Source: Actinomycetota bacterium
GTDB taxonomy: Bacteria > Actinomycetota > Acidimicrobiia > Acidimicrobiales > JAJPHE01
Direction: 5' to 3'
NCBI GenBank assembly: GCA_027315345.1
Contig: DAHUYE010000060.1
Coordinates: forward strand, 99,949-163,948
DNA: 64,000 nucleotides
The notes below the pieces were generated by a model, which was not told the origin of the DNA, searched no databases, and saw only the letters and a program-made list of their open reading frames with translations. A program made the translations under genes and the position numbers. Shown here in pieces: positions 54,435 through 63,905 of the stretch (position 1 is the first letter of the stretch; every line of letters begins with the position of its first letter).

Positions 54435-56924
54435 TCAGCCCATGGTGAGGTTGCCCTCGCGATCGACATCGACGGTCACCGTCGCCCCCTCGGGGAACTT
54501 GCCCTCCAGCAGGGCCAGGGCCAGGGGGTCACCGATCTGGCGCTGGATGACCCGCTTGAGCGGGCGGGCCCCGTACACCGGGTCATAGCCCAACTCGGCC
54601 AGCCGGGCCACCGCCGCCGGCGTCACCTCCAGGATCAGTCGGCGATCGGCCAGCCGCTGACGCAGGATGTCCAGTTGCACGTCGGTGATCTTGACGATGT
54701 CGGTCTCATCCAGGGACCGGAAGCGGATGATCTCATCGATGCGGTTGACGAACTCGGGCTTGAAGAACTCGGCCGGCTCCCCGGGCAGGTTGGAGGTCAT
54801 GATGAGCACGGTGTTGGTGAAGTCGACCGTGCGGCCCTGGCCGTCGGTGAGCCGCCCGTCATCGAGCACCTGAAGCAGCACGTTGAACACGTCGGGATGG
54901 GCCTTTTCGATCTCGTCCAGCAGCACCACCGAGTAAGGCCGGCGCCGCACCGCTTCGGTGAGCTGCCCACCCTCCTCGTAGCCGACGTATCCGGGAGGAG
55001 CACCGAGCAGACGGGCCACGGTGTGCTTCTCCTGGTACTCGCCCATGTCGATGCGGATCATGGCCCGGTCGTCATCGAAGAGGAAGTTGGCCAACGACCG
55101 GGCCAGCTCCGTCTTGCCGACTCCGGTCGGTCCCATGAACAGGAAAGAGCCGATGGGACGGTGGGGGTCGGACAGGCCCGAGCGCGACCGCCGGATGGCA
55201 TTGGCGACCGCCGTCACCGCTTCGTCCTGGCCGATCACCCGCTGGTGGAGGACGTCCTCCATCCGGACGAGCTTGGAGATCTCGCCCTCCATGAGACGGC
55301 TGACCGGGACACCGGTCCAGCGGGCGACCACCTCGGCCACGTCCTCTTCGTCCACCTCCTCCTTCAGCATCTTCTGGTCGGCCTGCAGTTCGGCCAGCTT
55401 GGCCGTGGCCGCGTCGACCTCGGCCTGCAGCTCGGGCAGGCGGCCGTAGCGGATCTCGGAGGCCCGGGTGAGATCGCCCTCGCGCTCGAAGCGCTCGGCA
55501 TCGGAACGGGCGGTCTCCAGCTCCTCCTTGAGGGCCCGGATGCCGTCGATGGCGTCCTTCTCCGCCTGCCAGTGGCCCTTCATGGCGTCGGCCTGCTCGG
55601 TCAGATCGGCCAGTTCGCGCTCGAGGGTATCGAGGCGCTCGATGGAGGCGGCATCGGTCTCCTTGGAGAGAGCCACTTTTTCGATTTCGAGCTGGCGGCG
55701 GCGGCGCTCGACCACGTCGATCTCGGTCGGCATGGAGTCGATCTCGATGCGCAGGCGGGAGGCGGCCTCGTCCACCAGGTCGATGGCCTTGTCGGGCAGG
55801 AAGCGGCCGGTGACATAGCGGTCGGACAGCACCGCCGCCGCCACCAGGGCGGAGTCCTGGATGCGGACCCCGTGGTGGACCTCGTAGCGCTCCTTGAGCC
55901 CGCGCAGGATGGCGATGCTGTCCTCCACGCTGGGCTGGCCCACGAAGACCTGCTGGAACCGGCGCTCGAGGGCGGCGTCCTTCTCGATGTACTTGCGGTA
56001 CTCGTCCAGGGTGGTGGCGCCGATGAGGCGCAACTCCCCCCGGGCCAGCATGGGCTTGATCATGTTCCCGGCGTCCATGGACCCCTCGGCAGCGCCGGCG
56101 CCCACGATGGTGTGCAGCTCATCGATGAAGGTGACGACCTCGCCCTCGGAGTCGGATATCTCCTTGAGAACGGCCTTGAGCCGCTCTTCGAACTCCCCCC
56201 GGTATTTGGCCCCGGCCACCATGGACGCCATGTCCAGGGCGATCAGGCGCTTGTTGCGCAACGACTCGGGGACGTCGCCTTCGACGATGCGCCGGGCCAG
56301 GCCCTCCACGATGGCCGTCTTGCCCACCCCCGGCTCACCGATCAGGACCGGGTTGTTCTTGGTCCGGCGGGAGAGCACCTGGATGACCCGGCGGATCTCC
56401 TCATCGCGGCCGATGACCGGGTCCAACTTGCCCTTGCGGGCCGCCTCGGTCAGATCGACGCCGTACTTCTCCAGGGACCGGTACTGCTCCTCGGGATTCT
56501 GGGACGTGACCCGGTGACTTCCCCGGATCTCCTTGAGGGCTTCGAGCACCTTGGCCCGGTCCAGGCCGAGGCGGTCGGCCATGACGAGGAGCAGGTGCTC
56601 GACGGAGATGTACTCGTCCCCCAGGTCGGCCCGGGCCCGGTCGGCGTCCTCCAGGACCTGGTGCAGCTCCCGGCCCATCTGGGCCTCCGAGCCGTAGGAG
56701 TGGGGCAGGCGGGAGAGCCGCTCGGCCACCTGGTTGCGCAGGGAGAGGGGCGCCTGACCCAGCTTGTCCACCACCGGCAGGATCACGGTGTCCTCCTGGC
56801 CGAGCATGGCCGAGAGGAGGTGATCGGGGGTGACCTCGGGGTTGCTGGCCGTCTTGGCCAGGCCGGCGGCGGCATTGACCGCCTCGGTCGTCTTCTGGGT
56901 CCAACGGTTGGGGTCCACGGGCAT
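54435..56924 (-). CDS. clpB: ATP-dependent chaperone ClpB
   Basis: Two AAA+ modules ([15 protein letters not shown] and [11 protein letters not shown]) separated by a long coiled-coil middle domain. ATG 56924 ([12 protein letters not shown]) is preferred over 56939. Confidence 0.9.
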   Translation of the reverse strand: MPVDPNRWTQKTTEAVNAAAGLAKTASNPEVTPDHLLSAMLGQEDTVILPVVDKLGQAPLSLRNQVAERLSRLPHSYGSEAQMGRELHQVLEDADRARADLGDEYISVEHLLLVMADRLGLDRAKVLEALKEIRGSHRVTSQNPEEQYRSLEKYGVDLTEAARKGKLDPVIGRDEEIRRVIQVLSRRTKNNPVLIGEPGVGKTAIVEGLARRIVEGDVPESLRNKRLIALDMASMVAGAKYRGEFEERLKAVLKEISDSEGEVVTFIDELHTIVGAGAAEGSMDAGNMIKPMLARGELRLIGATTLDEYRKYIEKDAALERRFQQVFVGQPSVEDSIAILRGLKERYEVHHGVRIQDSALVAAAVLSDRYVTGRFLPDKAIDLVDEAASRLRIEIDSMPTEIDVVERRRRQLEIEKVALSKETDAASIERLDTLERELADLTEQADAMKGHWQAEKDAIDGIRALKEELETARSDAERFEREGDLTRASEIRYGRLPELQAEVDAATAKLAELQADQKMLKEEVDEEDVAEVVARWTGVPVSRLMEGEISKLVRMEDVLHQRVIGQDEAVTAVANAIRRSRSGLSDPHRPIGSFLFMGPTGVGKTELARSLANFLFDDDRAMIRIDMGEYQEKHTVARLLGAPPGYVGYEEGGQLTEAVRRRPYSVVLLDEIEKAHPDVFNVLLQVLDDGRLTDGQGRTVDFTNTVLIMTSNLPGEPAEFFKPEFVNRIDEIIRFRSLDETDIVKITDVQLDILRQRLADRRLILEVTPAAVARLAELGYDPVYGARPLKRVIQRQIGDPLALALLEGKFPEGATVTVDVDREGNLTMG

Positions 56925-57033
56925 CTCGGCAGTCCTCATCCCTGATCGCTAAGCAAACTTGACAATAGGGCTAACAACCTTCTGCGGCCAGAATGTTCCC
57001 GCCTACCGCCGTTCCAGAACTGGACGTGGTGTC

Positions 57034-57071
57034 GGCCCGTCCCGCCCAACTACCTTTGGCCGGGACGGGCC
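57034..57071. other. Perfect 11-bp GC-rich stem (16-nt loop) just upstream of the P450 ribosome-binding site
   Basis: GGCCCGTCCCG (57034-57044) pairs with CGGGACGGGCC (57061-57071). GGAGGGGAG and TTG 57086 follow. Confidence 0.4.
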
Positions 57072-57085
57072 GGAGGGGAGACAAA

Positions 57086-58300
57086 TTGGCGACGTCGGTA
57101 GTGGAGCTGGAGCTGCCTCAGGTCGACCTGATGGAGGCGGGGGACCGGGAGGCGGCCCGACTGGAGTTGGCCCGGGCCCGCCGGGCCCACTGGCTGGCCC
57201 GCACCCCGTTCGGCTATGTGGTCACCCGCCATGAGGACGTGGCCGGCATCCTGCGGGACCGGCGCTTCCACTCCGGCCTGGCCATGCTCTCCCAGATGCC
57301 CGGCCTGGAGGACGACGAGTACCTCCAGAGCCGCCGGAGCTCGATCCTGGCCCTGGAGGGCGAGGAGCACGCCCGGCTGCGCCGTCTGGTGGCCCCCGCC
57401 TTCACGCCCCGCTCGGCCGAGCGCCTGCGGCCGTTCATGCGGGAGGTGGTCACCTCTCTGGTCGACACCTTCTCCGCCGCCGGCCGGTGCGACCTGGTGG
57501 CCGACCTCTGTGATCCCTACCCCATTCCCATCATCTGTGAGTTGCTCGGTGCGCCCCGCCAGGACTGGAAGCTCTTCTCGGCCTGGGCCACGGACATCTT
57601 CCGCATCTTCAACGCCAATCTGCTGGAGGACCTGCCGCTCATCAAGAAGGCGTCGGCCGAGCTGGACCAATACGTCCTGGCCCTGATCGAGGAGCGGCGG
57701 TCCCGCCCGGCCCACGATCTGCTGAGCGACCTCATCGCCATCGAGGAGGGCGGGGACCGGCTGTCCCCGGAGGAACTGGTGGGCCTGGCCGAGGCCGTGC
57801 TCATGGCCGGTACCGACACCACCCGGAACCAGCTGGCCTGCAGCGTGGCCCTCCTGGCCGATCACCCCGACCAGTGGCGGGCCCTGGCCGAGCATCCCGA
57901 ACGAGCGGCCGGGGCGGTGGAGGAGACCATGAGGGTGCTGGGGGCGGTGCGGGGCACGTCCCGGTTCGCCTCCGAGGACATCGAGTACCGCGACGTCCTT
58001 TTTCCGGCCGGCACCATGGTGGCCCTTTCCATGGTCTCGGCCAACTTCGATCCCGAGGTCTGGACTGACCCCGAGACCCTGGACATCTCCCGCCAAACCC
58101 GCACCCAGCAGATGACCTTCGGCTCGGGAGTGCACTTCTGCCTGGGCGCCTCCTTGGCCCGGGCCGAACTCCAGGAGGCTCTGCCCATCCTGGCCCGGCG
58201 CATGCCCAACCTGGCCGTGGACGGCCAGATCGACTGGAAGCCCTCCACCGTCGGGATATGGGGGCCGGCCCGGCTTCCTCTGGTCTTCGACCCGACCTGA
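57086..58300 (+). CDS. Cytochrome P450
   Basis: Heme-binding FGSGVHFCLGASLA, I-helix AGTDTT, EETMR (ExxR). The TTG 57086 start follows GGAGGGGAG and is uncertain; the ORF track starts at 56993. Confidence 0.85.
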   Translation: MATSVVELELPQVDLMEAGDREAARLELARARRAHWLARTPFGYVVTRHEDVAGILRDRRFHSGLAMLSQMPGLEDDEYLQSRRSSILALEGEEHARLRRLVAPAFTPRSAERLRPFMREVVTSLVDTFSAAGRCDLVADLCDPYPIPIICELLGAPRQDWKLFSAWATDIFRIFNANLLEDLPLIKKASAELDQYVLALIEERRSRPAHDLLSDLIAIEEGGDRLSPEELVGLAEAVLMAGTDTTRNQLACSVALLADHPDQWRALAEHPERAAGAVEETMRVLGAVRGTSRFASEDIEYRDVLFPAGTMVALSMVSANFDPEVWTDPETLDISRQTRTQQMTFGSGVHFCLGASLARAELQEALPILARRMPNLAVDGQIDWKPSTVGIWGPARLPLVFDPT

Positions 58301-58310
58301 CCCCGCCGCC

Positions 58311-58817
58311 TCAGAAGTGGGGGGCGGCCACAACCAATCCGGCCATGGCCACGATCGCACCGGTGAGCATGGTGGTCATGCGCCAGGTCTGTGACCGGAG
58401 GTCATCGCTCAACCCGGCCCGCAGAAGCGCCATGTCGACCTTCATCTCGGTCCGGAAATCGCCCAGCTCGGTGCGCAGGTCCCCGATATCGCTCTTGAGC
58501 TCGGTGCGCAGGTCCCCGATATCGGTCTTGAGCTCGGTGCGCAGGTCCCCGATGTCGCTCTTGAGCTCGGTGCGCAGCTCCCTGATATCGGTCTTGAGCT
58601 CGGCCCGCACCTCGGCAATCTGGGACTTGAGCCCCAACTCGACGCCCTCCAGATCCCGATGGGTGGCAACCGTCAGATGATCGAGGTCGTGTCGGGTGGC
58701 GACATCGCCCCATCCGACCGGCGGCAGGTACTCCATCAGCGCCTCGGCGCCATCAGGTCCCATGAGCGCTTCCAGCTGGCGATGAAGCTGAAGCCGAGAC
58801 CTCTCATTGATAACCAT
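58311..58817 (-). CDS. DUF1640/CCDC90-like coiled-coil protein with 11-aa tandem repeats and C-terminal TM anchor
   Basis: LPPVGWGDVATRHDL, then repeats of the LRTELK(S/T)DIGD type, then a C-terminal helix MLTGAIVAMAGLVVAA. GGAGG lies 6 nt upstream of ATG 58817. Confidence 0.65.
   Translation of the reverse strand: MVINERSRLQLHRQLEALMGPDGAEALMEYLPPVGWGDVATRHDLDHLTVATHRDLEGVELGLKSQIAEVRAELKTDIRELRTELKSDIGDLRTELKTDIGDLRTELKSDIGDLRTELGDFRTEMKVDMALLRAGLSDDLRSQTWRMTTMLTGAIVAMAGLVVAAPHF
58465..58629. repeat. 33-bp in-frame tandem repeats (4 near-identical units plus 1 degenerate)
   Basis: Units at 58465-58497, 58498-58530, 58531-58563 and 58564-58596 (agctcggtgcgcaggtccccgatatcgctcttg with 1-4 substitutions). 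A degenerate unit follows at 58597-58629. Confidence 0.9.
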
Positions 58818-58975
58818 TGTCGCCTCCAGGCGGACCTCGTTCAAGTAGGAAGGGTGGCGCTCACGCGGCCGGCCGAGTGTGGGATGAACGCTAGGCAGCG
58901 CCTGTAACACCGGAGCCCGACGACCCATCCGGGCCCTCGGGTACCGTGCGGGGACCGCAGGAAGGGAGAGCCCTC

Positions 58976-60091
58976 GTGAGCTCGGTTCGAGTACTGGTAG
59001 GGACCCGCAAGGGCGCCTTCATCCTCAGCGCCGACGGCCGGCGCTCGGACTGGAAGGTCGACGGGCCCCTCTTCGGCGGGTGGGAGATGTATCACCTCAA
59101 GGGATCCCCGGCCGACCCCGACCGCATCTACGCCTCCCAGTCCACGAGTTGGTTCGGCCAGCTCATCCAGCGCTCCGACGACGGAGGCCGGACCTGGGCC
59201 CCGGCGGGGAACCGCTTCGCCTACGCCACCGAGACCGGCACCCACCAGTGGTACGACGGCACACCGCATCCCTGGGAGTTCGCCCGCGTGTGGCATCTCG
59301 AGCCGTCCCTGTCGGATCCGGACACGGTCTATGCCGGCGTCGAGGACGCCGCTCTGTTCAAGTCCACCAACGGGGGCGCGGAATGGAACGAGGTCCCCGG
59401 ACTGCGGGAGCACGGGACCGGGCCCTCCTGGCAACCGGGTGCGGGCGGAATGTGCCTGCACACCATCGTGCTGGACCCCTCCGATCCCGACCGCATGTTC
59501 GCGGCCATCTCGGCCGCCGGGGCCTTCCGGACCGACGACGCCGGGGCCACCTGGAAGCCCATCAACCGTGGCTTGCGTTCAGAGCAGCTCCCCGATGCCG
59601 ACGCCGAGGTCGGCCACTGCGTCCACCGCATCACCATGCACCCGGCCCGTCCGGAAGTCCTGTTCATGCAGAAGCACTGGGACGTGATGCGCAGCGATGA
59701 TGCCGGAGAGAACTGGCGGGAGATCAGCGGCAACCTGCCGTCGGACTTCGGCTTCCCCATCTCCGTACACAGCCACGAGCCCGAAACCGTCTACGTCGTC
59801 CCGATAACCAGCGATTCGGAGCACTACCCGCCTGACGGCCGGCTGCGCGTCTACCGCAGCCGGGTCGGCGGGAATGATTGGGAGCCGCTGACCAGCGGTC
59901 TGCCCCAGGACCACTGCTACGTCAATGTCCTGCGCGACGCCATGGCCGTGGACGAACTGGACGACTGTGGCATCTACTTCGGCACCAGCGGTGGAGATGT
60001 CTACGTTTCGCCCGACGGCGGTGACCATTGGCAGGCGGCGGTGTCGAACCTCCCCGCCGTCCTGTCGGTAGAGGTCCAGACCCTGTCGTGA
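58976..60091 (+). CDS. BNR/Asp-box repeat beta-propeller protein (sialidase/Ycf48-like fold)
   Basis: Five Asp-box motifs S/T-x-D-x-G-x-x-W: [43 protein letters not shown] at 58976 follows GGAAGGGAGAG. Confidence 0.75.
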   Translation: MSSVRVLVGTRKGAFILSADGRRSDWKVDGPLFGGWEMYHLKGSPADPDRIYASQSTSWFGQLIQRSDDGGRTWAPAGNRFAYATETGTHQWYDGTPHPWEFARVWHLEPSLSDPDTVYAGVEDAALFKSTNGGAEWNEVPGLREHGTGPSWQPGAGGMCLHTIVLDPSDPDRMFAAISAAGAFRTDDAGATWKPINRGLRSEQLPDADAEVGHCVHRITMHPARPEVLFMQKHWDVMRSDDAGENWREISGNLPSDFGFPISVHSHEPETVYVVPITSDSEHYPPDGRLRVYRSRVGGNDWEPLTSGLPQDHCYVNVLRDAMAVDELDDCGIYFGTSGGDVYVSPDGGDHWQAAVSNLPAVLSVEVQTLS

Positions 60092-60384
60092 TCCGGGTGG
60101 AGTTACCCGCCCACCTGCGCACCTTGGCGGCCGTGGGCAAGGAGGTCCGCCTCGACGTCCCGCCGGGCGCCACGACCGCCGACCTCCTGGACGCCCTGGA
60201 GTCCCGCTATCCGGTGCTGGCCGGCACCATCCGGGACCACGACACCCGCCGGCGCCGGCCGTTCGTACGGTTCTTCGCCTGCGAAGAGGATCTCTCCCAC
60301 GAACCCCTCACCTCTCCCCTGCCCGCCGCGGTCATGGACGGCCGGGAGCCGTTCGTGATCCTGGGAGCCATGGCCGGCGGCTGA
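60088..60384 (+). CDS. MoaD/ThiS-family ubiquitin-fold protein ending in Gly-Gly
   Basis: 98 aa, beta-grasp-like ([13 protein letters not shown]...[19 protein letters not shown]), C-terminus ...ILGAMAGG followed by the stop. GTGA overlap with the propeller gene. Confidence 0.7.
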   Translation: MIRVELPAHLRTLAAVGKEVRLDVPPGATTADLLDALESRYPVLAGTIRDHDTRRRRPFVRFFACEEDLSHEPLTSPLPAAVMDGREPFVILGAMAGG

Positions 60385-60484
60385 CCTGACCACCACCCCC
60401 TGGAGGCACCCATCACGCCGCGTGACAGGTGGAGGAGATGTCAGACAGCCGGAGGATGTGCCGCCGGCGCCCCCCGAGCCGGGG

Positions 60485-61255
60485 CTACCGAGGCGCCGTC
60501 TTCCGAGCGGCCGCCTTCCGGGCCGGCGCCTTCCCCGTCGCGGCCCGCCGGGCCGGGGCCGGCGCCGTGGCCCGGAGCGACTCGAAATCCACGTCCTCCC
60601 GCTCCTCCTCGGCCACGTCGCCCTGGGAAGAATGAGCCACCACCGCCGCCCGGGGGGAAGCAGCCGGCCGGCTGCGGAGCCGGGCCGGGGACTCGATGAT
60701 CGGCGCCAGCGAGTCGGCCAGGGTGCGTACGGCCGCCTCCAGGTCGTCCATGCGGTGGTCGTCGCCGCGGAGCTGGTCGGCCACCAGCAGGGCGCCGCCG
60801 ATGGCGGCCAGGATCACCACGGCCACGCCGGCGCTGGCCAGATAGGGGATCTGGCGGTTGAGCAGAGGCTCACCGGCCAGCTTGTACCAACCGATGATGC
60901 CGACCAGAGCGGCCGCGGCCAGAACGCCAAGGCCGAGCATGAGACGGGTGCGCTGCACGGGCATGTTGTGATCTCCTGATCCTGAACGGGACATAGGGCC
61001 GGTACCGCCGGCGTCGGGGACGATGACAGCGGGGACGCTGAACGCAGGCCCGGCGTCAGACGCCGGGTTGGCGACAGCCGAGCGCAGGGAGCCGACCTGC
61101 GAGGCCAGGGCGTAGCGCCGGCGGGCCCGGGCGCTGACCTGGGACAGGTTGACCTGGCCGGCCAGGAAGGCCAGCAGCAGGGCAGAAGCCAGCAAAATGC
61201 CGACCACCAGGGCGAAGCTGCTGGCTACATCGGTGGTGAGGCTGGGGTCGTTCAA
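60485..61255 (-). CDS. Hypothetical membrane protein with Ala/Lys/Arg-rich basic C-terminal tail
   Basis: About 3 hydrophobic helices and the tail RRAATGKAPARKAAARKTAPR. ATGA overlap with the upstream livF-like gene. It could instead be two shorter ORFs (internal Met at MPVQRTRL). Confidence 0.45.
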   Translation of the reverse strand: MNDPSLTTDVASSFALVVGILLASALLLAFLAGQVNLSQVSARARRRYALASQVGSLRSAVANPASDAGPAFSVPAVIVPDAGGTGPMSRSGSGDHNMPVQRTRLMLGLGVLAAAALVGIIGWYKLAGEPLLNRQIPYLASAGVAVVILAAIGGALLVADQLRGDDHRMDDLEAAVRTLADSLAPIIESPARLRSRPAASPRAAVVAHSSQGDVAEEEREDVDFESLRATAPAPARRAATGKAPARKAAARKTAPR

Positions 61256-61995
61256 TGTCCAGCCCCCAGATAGGCCTCACGGAGCCGGCCCTGCATGCGG
61301 CGGACTTCGGCGCCTTCAGCGGTGGCCACGATCTGGCCCTTCTCCAGCACGTAGGCCCGGTGGGCCAGGTCGAGGGCCAGCACGTTCTGCTCCACGATGA
61401 GCACGGCCGCCCCGGTGGTGTTGTTGACCTCGGCGATCAGGTTGAAGGCCGTCTCGGTCATGATCGGGGACAGTCCGAGCGACGCCTCGTCCACCAGCAT
61501 CAGGCGGGGCGCGGCCATCAGGGCCCGGCCCAGGGCCAGCATCTGCTGCTGGCCGCCGGAGAGGGTCCCGGCCTTCTGCTGGCGGCGCTCGGCCAGGATG
61601 GGGAAGGTGGTGAAGGTCTGGTCCATGAGCCTGGCCACCGAGGCTCGGTCGGAGTTGGTGAAGGCGCCCAGCTCCAGGTTCTCCTGCACGGTCAGCTCGC
61701 GCAGCATGCCCCGGCCCTCGGGCACCATCACCAGACCCTGCGGAACCAGGGCCTCGGGAGGCTGACCGGTGATGCTGTGGCCGTCGAGGCGCACGGTGCC
61801 CGACATGGTCTTGAGCAATCCGGTGATGGTGCGCAGGGTGGTCGTCTTACCGGCACCGTTGGAGCCCATCAGGGCCACCACCTCACCGGGACCGACAGTC
61901 AGGGACACATCGAAGAGAACCTGCAGGGTCCCGTAGCCCGAGCAGAGCCGGTCCACCTCCAGCAGCGGGTTGGTCCCGGAGCGGGCGGCGGTCAT
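61252..61995 (-). CDS. livF: Branched-chain amino acid ABC transporter ATP-binding protein (LivF type)
   Basis: GSNGAGKTTTL, LSGGQQQML, LMLVDEASLGLSP. Confidence 0.85.
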   Translation of the reverse strand: MTAARSGTNPLLEVDRLCSGYGTLQVLFDVSLTVGPGEVVALMGSNGAGKTTTLRTITGLLKTMSGTVRLDGHSITGQPPEALVPQGLVMVPEGRGMLRELTVQENLELGAFTNSDRASVARLMDQTFTTFPILAERRQQKAGTLSGGQQQMLALGRALMAAPRLMLVDEASLGLSPIMTETAFNLIAEVNNTTGAAVLIVEQNVLALDLAHRAYVLEKGQIVATAEGAEVRRMQGRLREAYLGAGH

Positions 61996-63905
61996 GCCGA
62001 CCCCCGGGCCGGCTTCAACGACCCGGCGCCCAGGAACGACTCGATGACGTCGGGTTCGGCCACCACCTCGGCCGGCGTCCCCTCGGCTATGAGGCGGCCC
62101 GACTCCAGGCAGTAGCAGTAGTCACAGACCCGGGCGATGAGCGGGACGTGGTGCTCGATGATGACCAGGGTCAGGGACAACTCATCCCGCAGGGCGTTGA
62201 ACCGATAGCCGAGCTGGTTGGCCTCCTCCGGGGTGAGCCCGGCCGACGCCTCGTCCAGCAGCAGCATGTCCGGACCGGCCGCCACCGCCGCCGCGATCTC
62301 GACTATCCGCATGGTCCCGTAGGGCAGGTCACCGAGGCGCTCCTCGGCCAGGTGGTCGAGGCCGAACAGGTCCAGGGCCATGTCGGCCCGGCGGCGAAGT
62401 TCCTTCTCGGTCGGCAGGGTCCCGGCCAGGCCCAGGATCCCAGCCGCGGCCGGGTAGCGGGCCAGCCAGCCCTGGGAGAGGAGCAGGTTCTCCCGGACGG
62501 TGTCGGCCCGGACCAGGCCCATGTCCTGGAAGGTCCGGACCAGACCGGCCCCGCTGCGGCTGGCCGGGGGCGCGGTGGTCAACTCCCGATCGCGGTAGCG
62601 GATGGAGCCGCGGACCGGAGCCAGCCCCGAGACGGCGTTGAAGAAGGTGGACTTCCCCGCCCCGTTGGCCCCGATGAGGCCGACTATCTCCCCCCGGCGG
62701 ACCTCCAGGTTGAGCTGCTGCAGAGCCTGGACGCCCCCGTACTGGACGGTCACGTCCCGGGCCGACAGCAGGGCGGGCACGGGCAGGCGGCCGGCCAGTG
62801 GCCGGGGAACCTGGCGCAGGGCGGTGGCCGAGTGGGCCTTCTCCACCGGGTCGGTGGGCATGGGCCGGGGGTTGGGCCGCTCCCGCTCCCCGGCCACCAG
62901 ATCCCCGAGGCGGCGGTCGAGGTCCTTGAGCACGCCACCGATCCCCTCGGGCTGGAAGAGCACGGCCAGGATCAGGAAGAGGGCGAAGACGACCTGGATG
63001 TACTTGGACAGACCGGACGGGGCCAGCGACGGCAGGGCGTAGATGAAGAAGGAGGCGATCACGATCCCGGCGCTGGAGCGGGCGCCTCCCACCACCACCA
63101 CGGCAATGAGCAACAGGGACGGCTGCAGTCCGAAGGGCACCGCCGATCCCAGGCTGTTCTGCTGGAAGGCGAACAGGGCACCGCCCAGTCCCACCAGCGC
63201 CCCGGACAGGGCGTAGGCCAGCAGCTTGGTCCGCCCGGCATTGATACCGAAGGCGGCCGCCCGGGCTTCGACGTCGCGCACGGCCACGAAGGAGCGGCCG
63301 GCCCGGGTGGTCCGGGTCCGCCGGAGCAGGAAGGCCACCAGGGCCAGAACGGCCAGGCTCAGGTAGTAGATGTGGCCGGAGGACTGGAGATAGCCGGGCC
63401 GGTTGAAGCTGCGGGTGGCGGCCAGCACCCCGGTGCTGTTGGCCAGGTCGATGGCGAAGGCCTGGAACACCAGCGTGCCGATGGCCACCTGGAGGCCGCG
63501 AATCCGCAAGGACGGCACACCCACCACCGCCACCGCCACCGCCGTGGCCAACATCGCCCCCAGGAAGACCAGGGGCCAGGCCAGGCCGCGCGATCCCAGC
63601 TCCACCGCCACCACCGATCCCACGCCCAGGAAGGCGGCGTGGGCGATGGACAGCTGACCGGTCTGGCCCACCAGCAGGTTGAGGGACAGGGCGGCCACGG
63701 CAAAGGAGATGGCCGTCTCCAGGTAGTCGAGTTTGAAGCCGGGCAGCAGGGCCGGCGCGGCCAGCACCACCACCAGGGCGATCACGCCGGCCGTCAGGCC
63801 CGGAAGGGAACGGAGCTCGACCCTCGGCCGGTGCCGGGCCGGGCCGGCGCCGGGCCCAGGAACGACCGGGGCGGTGGCCGTGCCCACCGCGTCCTCAGAA
63901 GGCAC
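61992..63905 (-). CDS. Fused LivM-type permease and LivG-type ATP-binding protein
   Basis: The N-terminal ~330 aa are polytopic (LSIAHAAFLGVG...). The C-terminus has GANGAGKSTFF, LPYGTMRIVEIAAA, LLLDEASAGL. Confidence 0.85.
   Translation of the reverse strand: MPSEDAVGTATAPVVPGPGAGPARHRPRVELRSLPGLTAGVIALVVVLAAPALLPGFKLDYLETAISFAVAALSLNLLVGQTGQLSIAHAAFLGVGSVVAVELGSRGLAWPLVFLGAMLATAVAVAVVGVPSLRIRGLQVAIGTLVFQAFAIDLANSTGVLAATRSFNRPGYLQSSGHIYYLSLAVLALVAFLLRRTRTTRAGRSFVAVRDVEARAAAFGINAGRTKLLAYALSGALVGLGGALFAFQQNSLGSAVPFGLQPSLLLIAVVVVGGARSSAGIVIASFFIYALPSLAPSGLSKYIQVVFALFLILAVLFQPEGIGGVLKDLDRRLGDLVAGERERPNPRPMPTDPVEKAHSATALRQVPRPLAGRLPVPALLSARDVTVQYGGVQALQQLNLEVRRGEIVGLIGANGAGKSTFFNAVSGLAPVRGSIRYRDRELTTAPPASRSGAGLVRTFQDMGLVRADTVRENLLLSQGWLARYPAAAGILGLAGTLPTEKELRRRADMALDLFGLDHLAEERLGDLPYGTMRIVEIAAAVAAGPDMLLLDEASAGLTPEEANQLGYRFNALRDELSLTLVIIEHHVPLIARVCDYCYCLESGRLIAEGTPAEVVAEPDVIESFLGAGSLKPARGSA

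Noticed and set aside
56940-57000. An HspR-associated inverted repeat (HAIR, CTTGAGT-N7-ACTCAAG) upstream of clpB
   Set aside because: The best candidate is CTTGACA-N7-TAACAAC. It matches only one half-site weakly and is not palindromic, so there is no support for an HspR operator.
58465-58629. A CRISPR-like or other non-coding repeat array (also 14005-14067, 43750-43794, 20454-20507)
   Set aside because: The units are contiguous with no spacers. Their lengths are multiples of 3, and they are in frame within ORFs that have sensible flanking domains. They are coding tandem repeats.
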